DNA from: Octopus sinensis | Taxonomy: Eukaryota | Assembly (NCBI RefSeq): GCF_006345805.1 | Contig: NC_043008.1 | Span: 6,944,001-7,008,000, forward strand | Length of the DNA: 64,000 nt | Reading direction: 5' to 3' | Shown here: positions 16,820 through 28,055 of the stretch, piece by piece | Numbering within the stretch: position 1 is the stretch's first letter | Layout: each line of letters opens with the position of its first letter | The notes under the pieces: model-generated | Seen by the model: only the letters and a program-made list of their open reading frames with translations | Told to the model about the DNA's origin: nothing | Databases searched by the model: none | Translations under genes and position numbers: made by a program

Positions 16820-17289
16820 GAGAGAGAGGGAAAGAGAGAGAGAGAGAGAGAGAGGCAAACAAACAGACTGACATAAATAAATATATAAACGCATTTGCAA
16901 ATACAAAGATATAGGCATGTATCTCTTTTTGTGTCTCCCTCTCTCAATAAAGAGATAGATAGAGAGATAAAGAGAAATAGAGAGATAGATACAGAGAGAT
17001 AGAGATATAGATAGAGAGATAGAGAGATAGATAAATAGATAGAGAGAGAGAGAGATAGATAGAAAGAGAGATAGAGAAAGATAGACAGACAGACAGATAG
17101 ATGGACAGATAGATAGACAGACAGATAGACAGACAGACAGATAGATAGATAGACAGATAGATAGACGGACAGATAGATAGACAGGCAGATAGATAGACAG
17201 ACAGATAGATATACAGACAGATACACAAATAGTTAGACAGACAGATAGATAGACAGACAGTTAGATAGATAGATAGATAGACAGATAGT

Positions 17290-17388
<99 letters not shown>

Positions 17389-17390
17389 GC
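16820..17390. repeat. (AG)n / (GATA/GACA)n microsatellite block
   Basis: Directly visible. Confidence 0.95.
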
Positions 17391-18995
17391 ATTCAGAAGC
17401 ACTCACACACACACACAAACCTATTTGTAAAGTTTCTGCCATTGGGAGAAAGTTTGCCGACCTTTCAGCGAAAGTCTTTCATCGGAAATAAAAGTTTCAA
17501 ACACAATACACAAATATATTAGTTACCTAAATGAGAGAATGAAAGGAAGCGTGGGATGGAGAGAGAGAGAACGAGAGAGAGCGAGAGAAAACGAGAGGAA
17601 GGAAAAAAGAGAGAGAGAGAGAGAAGGAAAGAAAGGGAGAAAGAATGGTGAGATTGAATGGAACCATTTTCTGTTTCTGTAACTACCTTTTACTCTGTGA
17701 ATACAAATTGCTTCCTTTTGATAATTGGTCTCTTGCTTGCATATTGAGACGTGTTTGATTTTTAAATGTATTCTTTTGCAGTTCTCCGAGATTGAAAAGT
17801 AAATAACATAATAACAGGGAACTAGAAATATGAAACATAGAAATAATCACACACACACACATGGACACACGCACACACACATGGACACACGCACACACAC
17901 ATGGACACACGCACGCACACACACACACTGGTGCGCGCGAGTCCATTTTAGCATCTATTCGTAAATATTCGCTGCTTATATTTCAGTTGGTTCAAGGAAA
18001 AACGGACAATGAAAGGAAATTGATGGGAAATGATAAGCCATTTGCAGTCGCGGAGCGTAAGCTGCTGTAAATAAGCCAAACAGTCATACGAAAAGGAAAG
18101 TGGATTCGTCACGTGACCGGCTTAACTCTAGCAAACAGAAAAAGCGGTAGGAAGTTTAATGGCGTGAGTTTGTATGGTGTCTGACACCGGAGTTTAAACT
18201 TTCGCTGACCTTTCCTGAAGGAAGTCTTGTATCTACAAGACAGCAAAGGGAATTAAGACAATATCTTAAATAGAAGAAAACCAGGAAACTTTCTTCGAAA
18301 GTGATTTAAACAGATTTGACCTGAAATGACCTGATCGCAGATTCGCCAGTTGATACCGTCAGATATCTTGATGTCGACATTGTATTGGTCCATATTGGTT
18401 ATTGTCATTAACACTGATACATATCTACAGACAGAAACCCTATATTTGAGATTATTTCAATGAATTATAATATTTATATTGTTATCTTTTTGTTCCAAGT
18501 CAGCTCTAATCAAGCAGATTTATGATGAAAGGCATTCCAACTACTGCTATCATTTGCCTCTCCGGCACAGTATACATCGAACTACATTATACGGTATGCT
18601 GTTTTTCAGGTAGATATGACTTGAAAATGACTGCTATTTCTTGCCGATCGAGTGACCATGTCTAAGCTTCTCCGTTGGCTTGAAGACATTCATGTATTAC
18701 GCAATATTAATAGCAGCGAAACAATTTCCACCGGAAATCAAAATCTTGTCAGGTTATCAGGAAGTTTGCCGTTTCAACATTGAAAGCGTTTCGCGGTACT
18801 TTAAAAAATAGTAAATAGTTTTCTTCTTTCTTTTACTGGGACCCGAATGTCACATCTTATAAAAAGGGCTTAGCTGTGGTGGAAACGATCCCTTACATCA
18901 TTAGAATTTATTTTAAAGCCCACGAAAATATCGAAGGTGAATTAGAACTCTGAATGGTATAAACTTCAGGGAATAAAAGATGAAACTAAATATTC

Positions 18996-19575
18996 TTTTT
19001 TACTCTAGGCTCAAGGTCCGAAATTTTTGGGGAGGGGACCAGTCGATGAGATCGACCTCAGTACGCAACTGGTACTTAATTTATCGACCTCGAAAGGTTG
19101 AAAGGCAAAGTCGACCTCGGCGGAATTTGAACTCAACATAAAGAAAAACAAAATACCTATTTCTTTACTACCCACAAGGGGCTAAACACAGAGGGGACAG
19201 ACAAGGACAGACAAACGGATTAAGTTATTTATATCGACCCCAGTTTGTAACTGGTACTTATTTAATCGACCCCTAAAGGATGAAAGGCAAAATCGACCTC
19301 GGCGGAATTTGAACTCAAAACCTAAAGTCAGACGAAATACCTATTTCTTTACTACCCACAAGGGGCTAAACACAGAGAGGACAAACAAGGACAGATAAAC
19401 GGATTAAGCCGATAATATCGACCCTAGTGCGTAACTGGTACTTATTTAATCGACCCCCGAAAGGATGAAAAGCAAAGTCGACCTCGGCCGAATTTGAACT
19501 CAGAACGTAGCGGCAGACGAAATACCGCTACGCATTTCCCCCAGCGTATTAACATTTCTACCAGCTCGCCGCCTT
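18996..19575 (-). mobile_element. SINE family A with internally repeated 3' modules
   Basis: Head at 19573 (reverse complement of GGCGGCGAGCTGG) with the core/tail module repeated about three times. TSD-like ATGAAACTAAATATTC (18980) / ATGAAAGTAAACATTC (19578). Confidence 0.85.
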
Positions 19576-20499
19576 AATGAAAGTAAACATTCTAATGCCC
19601 CTAGCTTGCTGTGTTTTTTCTTACTTCTCCTTAATATTACAACCATTTTCCTTCTTTGAGAAAATTGCTATATATTGTCGAAGGTTGTGTCTATGGTTCC
19701 GGCTGTGTATTCTTCCATAGGTAACTTGGCCTTTATCTCTCTCCAACCCCATTCATAAATGTTTGTTATACGATAACTGGCTTAACGAGTTGTAGAAGCT
19801 CTTCACAGAAAAATACCGAACTGGAACTTGTGTAAAAGAAATATTACAAGATCCTGTGAGTAAATGCGCCTAATACGTTTGCGCCTTGTGTCTGTGGAGT
19901 TATAACAGAATTAGTACCAGGAATACTTTCGGCAAGATTCAATTGACTATACACTTGTCTTATAGAAATTAGCTTTATACTTAGGCCAAAAGAAATCAAT
20001 ATTACTTTAAGATCAATTATTATTTCTCTCCTTTCGTGACATCAAAGAACTAATGCTAATATAATTGAAACCAGTTGGGAAGTTTATTTTCTTTTTCCAT
20101 TGAAGCAACCTATAAAAGAAGATGTCAAATTTGGTCAATAAATGCTTTATCGTTGATTCTCAGAGACTCAAACTGTCTGGGAATAATCATTTTAATGTCA
20201 ATATGTTCGAGCCACACCCTGCCTTTTATAGCATCCGTCTACTTTGAAGAATATTACACATGTCGAAGAAAACTGAAGAAATCTACTATAGACATTTAGT
20301 GTAAATCAATGCCTACTAATTTCACAGTGTGTGTCCATAGCGCCCGAAAGATACGGGGTTCGAATTTTTATCAGTGTTGGGGTCCGTTGTTCTGATTCGG
20401 TAATTTTTTGTAAACAAGAGATTACGAAGTGATTGAGGGTTGAATTGTTATTTGATTAGTTACCCCGGCTCAAACCATTTTTCTGTGATTAGCCTAAAG

Positions 20500-21104
20500 C
20501 AGTGCTTCTCAAATTATCTGATGTGGCGTACCAGCAGTTTTTTCCCCCAATATGCCAGCGACCGGTAATATTTCTTAGTAATATTAATTTATACCGGAAA
20601 CAATATATATAATAATTAAATCTCAGAATGAGATTGAAACAGTAATCGCTCGATAATGTAAAGTATAGAAGCCATCTTATCATGGCTAACCACATTGGGG
20701 AGGGGGTGTTACTGTAGCTTTATAGCCCCAAGAGAGCTTCGTCTCAAGCTGGCTTTAGACACAATATCTGTGTCCAAGGACACAGATATTGTCCAAGGAC
20801 TCAGATATTGTGTCTAAAGCCAGCTTGAGACGAAGATCTCTTGGGGCTATAAAGCTACAGTAACACCCCATCCCCAATGTGGTTAGCCATGATAAGATGG
20901 CTTCTATACTTTACAATATATATAATGAATATACTAAAAGATGACAATTTAGTTCTTATCTTATATTTATTTTGTAAACAAATAATGCAATATTACATAA
21001 ACATTTTATAAGCATTTTATAATGTTTCTTTCTTTTCTGGAACTCGGCAGCTGATGGCTCGCGGGAAGGTGCCGGTCCGCGGACCACCACTTTGAGTAGC
21101 ACTG
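20500..21104. mobile_element. hAT(Charlie)-like MITE containing an internal palindrome
   Basis: TIRs CAGTGCTTCTCAAA / TTTGAGTAGCACTG. No clear 8-bp TSD. Confidence 0.7.
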
Positions 21105-21439
21105 GGTTATTGTATAATAGACATATATCATGTATAATTATATTTCACAGCAAGTGAATGTGATTTGAGTTATTTTAGTAATTATCTAAAGTTTTCCAAG
21201 TTTACAAGGAAAAGGTCCAGGTTTGTTTATATGATTAGGTTTAATCCCGAGGAACCCAACTCAATATAATTTCTTAGCTTCCTGTATGAAGCAGGGTCGC
21301 TTGGAGTTCAAATCCCTGAATACTTACACATCTATTCAGATCAGAGTCCATCAAAAGACGTCTACATACTTCAAAGAAAAAAAGAGAAAGACGCGTAGAA
21401 AGACTTCAATACTAAATCTATTTATTTACACATCACGGG

Positions 21440-21669
21440 ATTAATACAAGTTGTTCCCAAAGTGGTGGTCATTAGCTTCGAGATATTCTAATTAGTACGG
21501 CGAACTGCTGCTTTGGCAACGTTGGCCGACACGTCTAGTGGAATAGCTGCACAAGCTGTTACAGTTTCTGCCCCGAGGGCCGGCAGTGTAGCCGGTTTTC
21601 TGCAATACACGTCATCGTTTAGAGCGCCACATAAATGAAAGTCTGCAGGTTTTAAATCAGGAGGACGTG
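21440..21669 (-). pseudogene. Tc1/mariner-superfamily transposase C-terminal relic
   Basis: Minus strand reads RPPDLKPADFHLCGALNDDVYCRKPATLPALGAETVTACAAIPLDVSANVAKAAVRR, similar to the (W)PPRSPDLxPxDFxLWG..K..VY..KP.T motif. Confidence 0.75.
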
Positions 21670-22009
21670 CATTTTTCCATTGTTAACGATTCTGATTGCT
21701 CACCACCTCATGATATAATATAATACAAAGTAATACACACACACACGCGTCTGCGCAGAGGTTTGAAAAGTTAAGATATACAAATTGTTAGCTCGACATG
21801 TGCTCTAACGCTCTGTGCATCTAGAATTAGGAAGGCGTCCCGCTGACGAACCTTGCATTGGCAAACATATTCTGTCTGTTTTGCTAGAAAGAGGTAGAAA
21901 CTGATCAGTCCGGGATATATCGTTAATGGTAAATGTTTTTGATTTTCACTCTCCATGAATTTATCCTTTTTGTGTCTCTAGCACTAAGCTTCCTTATTTG
22001 GGAGCCTTG

Positions 22010-22039
<30 letters not shown>

Positions 22040-22040
<1 letters not shown>

Positions 22041-22576
22041 CAACTATGCGGATAAACAATTAGATATATTTTATATATCTAATTTGTTTATCCGCATAGT
22101 TGCATATATATAGTTGCTGCTTGGGTATGAAATCCAAATATGTATGTATACATGCAAAATGCAAAGAGTGGAGACTTTCAGACGATGAATATTCGAGTAA
22201 AACTATAGAGATATTTACATTAATAGGTCCAACTTATACAGAGTACAAACGACAGAGAAAATTAAAGGAAGGAAGTAAGGTGTTATGTGTCCAACAGCTG
22301 TTTCTGGGGGTCGGAGATCCATCATAATGTGGTAGATGTAGTTCATCACAATATGCAAGGTGTAATGGAATCAATCTTTTGCCTCCATATTTGCTCAACT
22401 TGATCCCTCTTATAACCATTCTTTACTCCTAGGAATTGATCCCCTGTAAAGACATCGGAGTCTAAGTTTGAATCATTTGAGGGCTATTAAGTGCCTTCTA
22501 TCCTGAGAATCTCCGGATATCGTCTGTTGACACTATCTATCTATCTATGTGTGCATATAAATATATACATATATAT

Positions 22577-22647
<71 letters not shown>

Positions 22648-23180
22648 ACTATGCGGATAAACAAATTAGATATATTTTATATATCTAATTTGTTTATCCG
22701 CATAGTTGCATATATATAGTTGCTGCTTGGGTATGAAATCCAAAATATGTATGTATACATGCAAAATGCAAAGAGTGGAGACTTTCAGACGATGAATATT
22801 CGAGTAAAACTATAGAGATATTTACATTAATAGGTCCAACTTATACAGAGTACAAACGACAGAGAAAATTAAAGGGAAGGAAGTAAGGTGTTATGTGTCC
22901 AACAGCTGTTTCTGGGGGTCGGAGATCCATCATAATGTTGGTAGATGTAGTTCATCACAATATGCAAGGTGTAATGGAATCAATCTTTTGCCTCCATATT
23001 TGCTCAACTTGATCCCTCTTATAACCATTCTTTACTCCTAGGAATTGATCCCCTGTAAAGACATCGGAGTCTAAGTTTGAATCATTTGAGGGCTATTAAG
23101 TGCCTTCTATCCTGAGAATCTCCGGATATCGTCTGTTGACACTATCTATCTATCTATGTGTGCATATAAATATATACATA
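22040..23180. repeat. ~605-bp near-identical tandem duplication, each unit starting with a hairpin and bounded by (TA)n
   Basis: GCAACTATGCGGATAAAC begins at 22040 and 22645. Unit bodies match apart from single-base indels. Confidence 0.9.
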
Positions 23181-23355
23181 TATATATATATATATTATAT
23201 ATATATATATATATGCGTGTGTGTGTGTGTATTACTTTGTATTATATTATATCATGAGGCGGTGAGCTATCACAATCGTTAGCAATGGGAAAAATGTACG
23301 TCTTCCTGATTTGAAACCTGCAGACTTTTCCTTATATGGCACTCTAAACGATGAC

Positions 23356-23396
<41 letters not shown>

Positions 23397-23431
23397 TAAG
23401 AAAGTTGGTTTGGTAAAGCACGTGGGTGAAT

Positions 23432-23930
23432 ATATAAGAAAATAGTAAAGTGTGAAAAAACGACAGGCTTAAATGTTAAAAAATATATATATTTGTGTCA
23501 AAATGTCTGGAGAATATTGGAAAAATTTTTTTCCTTTCCTTAAAATGACATAATTTAAAAAATTTTTCAAGAAATTACCGGTTTCGCGTGTAGCTTTTCA
23601 AATTTCTTGTGACGTTATGTTTATATTGCATGGAATTATCGTTGTTTTTATTTCCAGGAGATTTCTAAATAAGGGGAGGTAGTGAGTGATTTTTTCCGGT
23701 GTAGGGGAGATAATCGCTTAAAAATTTTTTTCCATGCAATATAAACATAACGTCACAAGAAATTTGAAAAGCTACACGCGAAACGGGTAATTTCTTTAAA
23801 AATTTTTTAAATTATGTCATTTTAAGGAAAGGAAAAAAAATTTTTCCAATATTCTCCAGACATTTTGACACAAATATATATATTTTTTAACATTTAAGCC
23901 TTCTGTCGTTTTTTCACACTTTACTATTTT

Positions 23931-23936
<6 letters not shown>
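23432..23936. mobile_element. Fold-back element (~205-bp inverted arms) with a hammerhead in each arm; Penelope pLTR-like
   Basis: Arms 23432-23635 and 23730-23936 are reverse complements, flanked by (TA)n. Confidence 0.75.
23757..23796 (+). ncRNA. Minimal type I hammerhead, U3-A8 variant; mirror copy at 23569-23608 (-)
   Basis: AAGAAAT-TTGAAAA-GC TACAC GC-GAAAC(C/G)G-GTA-ATTTCTT: 7-bp stem I and GUA triplet. The left copy has a palindromic ACCGGT stem III. Confidence 0.7.
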
Positions 23937-23999
<63 letters not shown>

Positions 24000-24769
24000 T
24001 TTTCGATGTTTCTGGTGCAGATGTAAAGGTAAGTTATCTAAACAAACTAGGTTCTTGCCATCAGCAGATGTGAAGTCGGAAGTAATAGGGAGGAAGGAAG
24101 GGGTTCACTGATTTCATTGTTTCAATATAGTTTGCTGTTGTCACACATTTGAATTCGAATTTCTCAAAATCATTTCAAACATCAGAAAAACTGGAATAAT
24201 TGTGATTTCTATGTAAATCTTTACACTGAAATGTGCTCCTCCAACTTCCCAACTTAAGAGAAATTACAATTCAGAAAGGAGCAATTTACTATCGTAATAG
24301 GAATGAATACTCGGCACATAGAAAGAAAAATATTTTTTCGGAAAATTCCTAGAAGAACCGAAAGAAGAGAGAAAATAATTCAATTTTAGAGTGGTAATAT
24401 ATAAAATTGCTTATTTAATGACAATTGGAAGAATAGAGCGATGTGTAAATAAATATATACATATTCTATCTATTTTTATCAAGATATGGATCTAGGTATG
24501 TAGCATAGATGTGCAGCAAAATTATTCATAAATGCAAGGACGTTGGCAGTACGGGAAAGTTGGGGGCGGAAAAAAGAGAAAGGAAGGGGGAGAGAGAAAA
24601 AGAGAAAGAGAGAGAGAGACGGACAGAGAGAGACAGAGAAACACTTATTTTTTACGTATCATTTCGTTTAAGTTTATATATTATATGAAATATAAATAAT
24701 CTATGTTGTATGCACACACACACATATTTTATGTGCATACATATGATATATACATTATATAAATATATA

Positions 24770-25039
24770 TATATATGCATATATACATATATATATATAT
24801 GCATATATACATATATATATGCATATATATATGCATATATACATATATATATATATGCATATATATATGCATATATACATATATATATGCATATATACAT
24901 ATATATATATATGCATATATATATGCATATATACATATATATATGCATATATATATGCATATATACATATATATATATATGCATATATATATGCATATAT
25001 ACATATATATATATATGCATATATATATATATATATATA

Positions 25040-25050
<11 letters not shown>
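24770..25050. repeat. (ATATATATGC/ATATATAC)n compound minisatellite
   Basis: Directly visible periodic GC/AC interruptions in a TA run. Confidence 0.9.
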
Positions 25051-25088
<38 letters not shown>

Positions 25089-25630
25089 ATGGAAGTGTGC
25101 GTTTGTGTGTGTCTATATGCTTGTGTTTGTACCGAAACACGTGTCCTGGTTATCTCAGAATTTATCGATTGCGGTGATTCTCGCGAACGAAATTGTTACC
25201 AAACATCTTCGTAACATCTGCCGAAAGAATCAATCGTACTTACTTCTCTAACCAGAAAACGTAGATAGTCGCATAGCGTTTTATAAGGCCATAGGTATCT
25301 GATGACGTAGAACGGGATACACATTATGCACACATTACTTGATTCAAATAGATTCGTCTTACGAAACACCGATTTGGATATACCCCATTTTGTCTTCTTT
25401 ATTCTTTACGCGTCTAGTCTCACTCCCCGGAAATCATTATTATCACCAAACAGCGATGATTTTGACAAAATTGTCAGAGTGTGTCGACAAAATATCTAGC
25501 TGTATTAAGTTACGGTTCTTTAGATGCTGGCTTCCACTCTTTTGGAGTCGATAAAATAAAATATATTATAGTACCAGGGTTGATTTAGACACGCCCACCA
25601 AAAGATGTTGATTTCTGTTCAAATTTGAAT

Positions 25631-25672
<42 letters not shown>

Positions 25673-25678
25673 TTATTA

Positions 25679-25890
25679 GGGCGGTGAGCTGGCAGAATCG
25701 TTAACACGCTGTACGAAATGCTTAGGGTTATTTCGCCTGTCGCTACGTTCTAAGTTCAAATCCAGCCGAGGTCGACTTTACCCTTCATCTTTTCGGGGTC
25801 GATAAAATAGATACTAGTTACACACTGGAGTAGATGTCATCGATTCATTCCCTCCTCCAAAATTTGCTGCCCTTGTGACAAAATTTGAAA
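25679..25890 (+). mobile_element. SINE family A variant inserted in (TTA)n
   Basis: GGGCGGTGAGCTGGCAGAATCGTTAAC head and TTTCGGGGTCGATAAA core. Confidence 0.8.
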
Positions 25891-26344
25891 CATTATTATT
25901 ATTATTATTATATTATTATTATTATTATTATTATTGTTGTGTTGTTGATGTTGCTGTTGTTTATCGCCAAGATTAGTCGTGTTGCGAACATTCTCTGAGT
26001 TATTGACTTGTTTTCATTATCATAAGTCTATTTTTCCCCTGTGTGTCCTGTTTTGAGCTGGCCATAAAGGTCTGAGAAAAATTTATTCTTATCTGCCCTG
26101 AGGGGCGAAATATTGAAAAAAAAACAAACTAATTCTTCTCGATATATTTATTTAAAATTTAATGTGGTTGTTTTCTTCGCCAAACCGAGAGGAGAAGATG
26201 GTGGGTAACAGTTTAGATGGTGAGACTGTCTTTCGCCGTCAAGGCTCCCCACCACCTTGGCTGATCTATCAAGGATGGAAGTAGGTAGTAGCATCAGAAT
26301 CACCAGCAGCAACAACAACAACATCACCTCCACCAACACCGACA

Positions 26345-27290
26345 AGAATTTTTCTTAAGATTCTTGCAGAATATAGGACGGTACTTTCCAGCAGGTTGAC
26401 AATGCGACTCTGTATTACAGTGTCTTTCATTCTTTTAGGTAGCATTTTGGGTATTGTGCCAAAGACGCCTATTACCACATGAATAATTTTTGTCTGGGTT
26501 TTTTACAGTCTCCTCAGCTCTCTGGCTACATCTGGATATTTCTCAATTATTTTCCATTTTTTGGAATCGACTCTACTATCATAAGGAAACGCTAGATCTA
26601 TGATTTTGCACTGTTTTTTTTTAGTCTCCCATAATCATGTCTAGTCTTCTTGTCTGAATAGTATGGTTGGTCTTTATGGCAAAGTGCCACAAGATCTTGT
26701 AATTCACATTTTCTATCACAGTCAATGGTTGGCTTTCATACCACTTTTCCGTTGTTTTGAAGCTGCATGCTCAGCTAACATTCCAATGTACTCTTTTACG
26801 TATGTCCTTGTCTGCGATGGTACTCCTTTTGTGCTAGTATACTGCACTCTCTTAAAATATGGCTGATGCTCTCGTCTACTTTCCTACCGATTTTACATTT
26901 GTTGTCTGACTGATTTTCGTCGATCTTTGCCTTATTCAGATTCGTTAGCAGCCGTAACTAACGTTTCTGTTTCTCGTTTCAAGTTCCCGCCCGTTAACTA
27001 AAGGCAGCAGGCTTCACTTTTAAGATTTTCGGTTTGTCACGCGAGTTGGTCATTCAGTTCAATTTCTCTCCATTTGTTCATTCTATTGTTCTTCCTTTTC
27101 TCTTTGAATTCTTCTACTCTTTCATTCACTTTTTCAGTATCTCTGGCTAGTGAAGTAGAGATTGAATGATGTTGTCGTGTGGTAATTTTATGCCATCAGG
27201 CTTTATATCCCGGCCTCTCTTCATAGATAGTACTGTACACTTATCTACTCCAAACGGCATCCTAGTGTCTTTGCTGAATATTCTCAGTGT
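26345..27290 (-). pseudogene. R4/Dong-clade non-LTR retrotransposon 3' relic (RT end, CCHC knuckle, restriction-like endonuclease)
   Basis: Minus strand: FSKDTRMPFGVDKCTVL; GNLKRETETLVTAA; CKIGRKVDESISHILRECSILAQKEY; WYESQPLTVIENVNYKILWHFAIKTNHTIQTRRLD; CKIIDLAFPYD; EKYPDVARELRRL; VVIGVFGTIPK...SARILRKIL. Confidence 0.85.
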
Positions 27291-27740
27291 CTGGATTAGA
27301 AAATTCAGGTCTGTCCAGGTTTCACTTTAAAAAGGAATTAAGGGCAGAGAGAGAGGTGTTGTTCTCTTGTGAGTTTATTGAAAGGTATGTAAAAGTTACG
27401 AAAATAGCAAGGGTGGAATGGTACCTCTCTAAGTGTAGACCTGTGAGTCGGAGAGAAGGAATTGGAGAGGATACTTGCCCATAGGGTTTCAGGGAAGTCT
27501 CGGACAGTAGGGTTCCTCAGTTATCCCTAAAGGCGTTCCTGTATCAGGAGGGCCACGTCTCTATCATCCCCCACCCCACTTTTTTTCCTTTCTATGCTAT
27601 GCTTATGTCTCTTCTTTCCCAGTGTTTACCGTGTATACTTTTCCTTTTTTATATATCCTTTTATGTAAACCTGAACACCTTATGTGTGTCTCTGTATTGT
27701 CCCCATCACCCTTCGCCCTTGTAGCAAATAAATGAAATTA
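27290..27740 (+). mobile_element. 3' end (ORF tail plus 3' UTR) of another LINE, possibly L1/Tx1-like
   Basis: Short coding-like tail FHFKKELRAEREVLFSCEFIERYVKV, then a pyrimidine-rich UTR ending AATAAATGAAA and (TTA)n. It interrupts the R4 relic. Confidence 0.4.
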
Positions 27741-27773
27741 TTATTATTATCATCATTGTTGTTATTATTATTA

Positions 27774-27819
<46 letters not shown>

Positions 27820-28055
27820 ATAGTTATATTTTTATAGCGTGCTTTCACTTCACTACCGAGCGCAGCTCTGTGTGCCTTGGGTATGTGCTGTGATTTGTTG
27901 TGATGCTCTGATGGTTATTGTATGGAAAGTGTTCTGCGTAGGATGTGTGCAGTGCCCAGTAGTGCAATTTTCTGTATGTTATATGTGTTTGTAAGTCCTG
28001 GTGTTTTTGTTATGTATTTGTCTGAATATTTTTTTATCATATCTAATGCGCCTAT
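27820..28055 (-). mobile_element. 5'-truncated R4/Dong-like LINE 3' end in (TAA)n
   Basis: IIIGALDMIKKYSDKYITKTPGLTNTYNIQKIALLGTAHILRRTLSIQ* is a typical RLE-LINE C-terminus, flanked on both sides by (TTA)n. Confidence 0.8.

Noticed and set aside
25295-25322. CTGATGA-CGT AGA ACG hammerhead-like start
   Set aside because: No GAAA or NUH follows, so it is likely chance.
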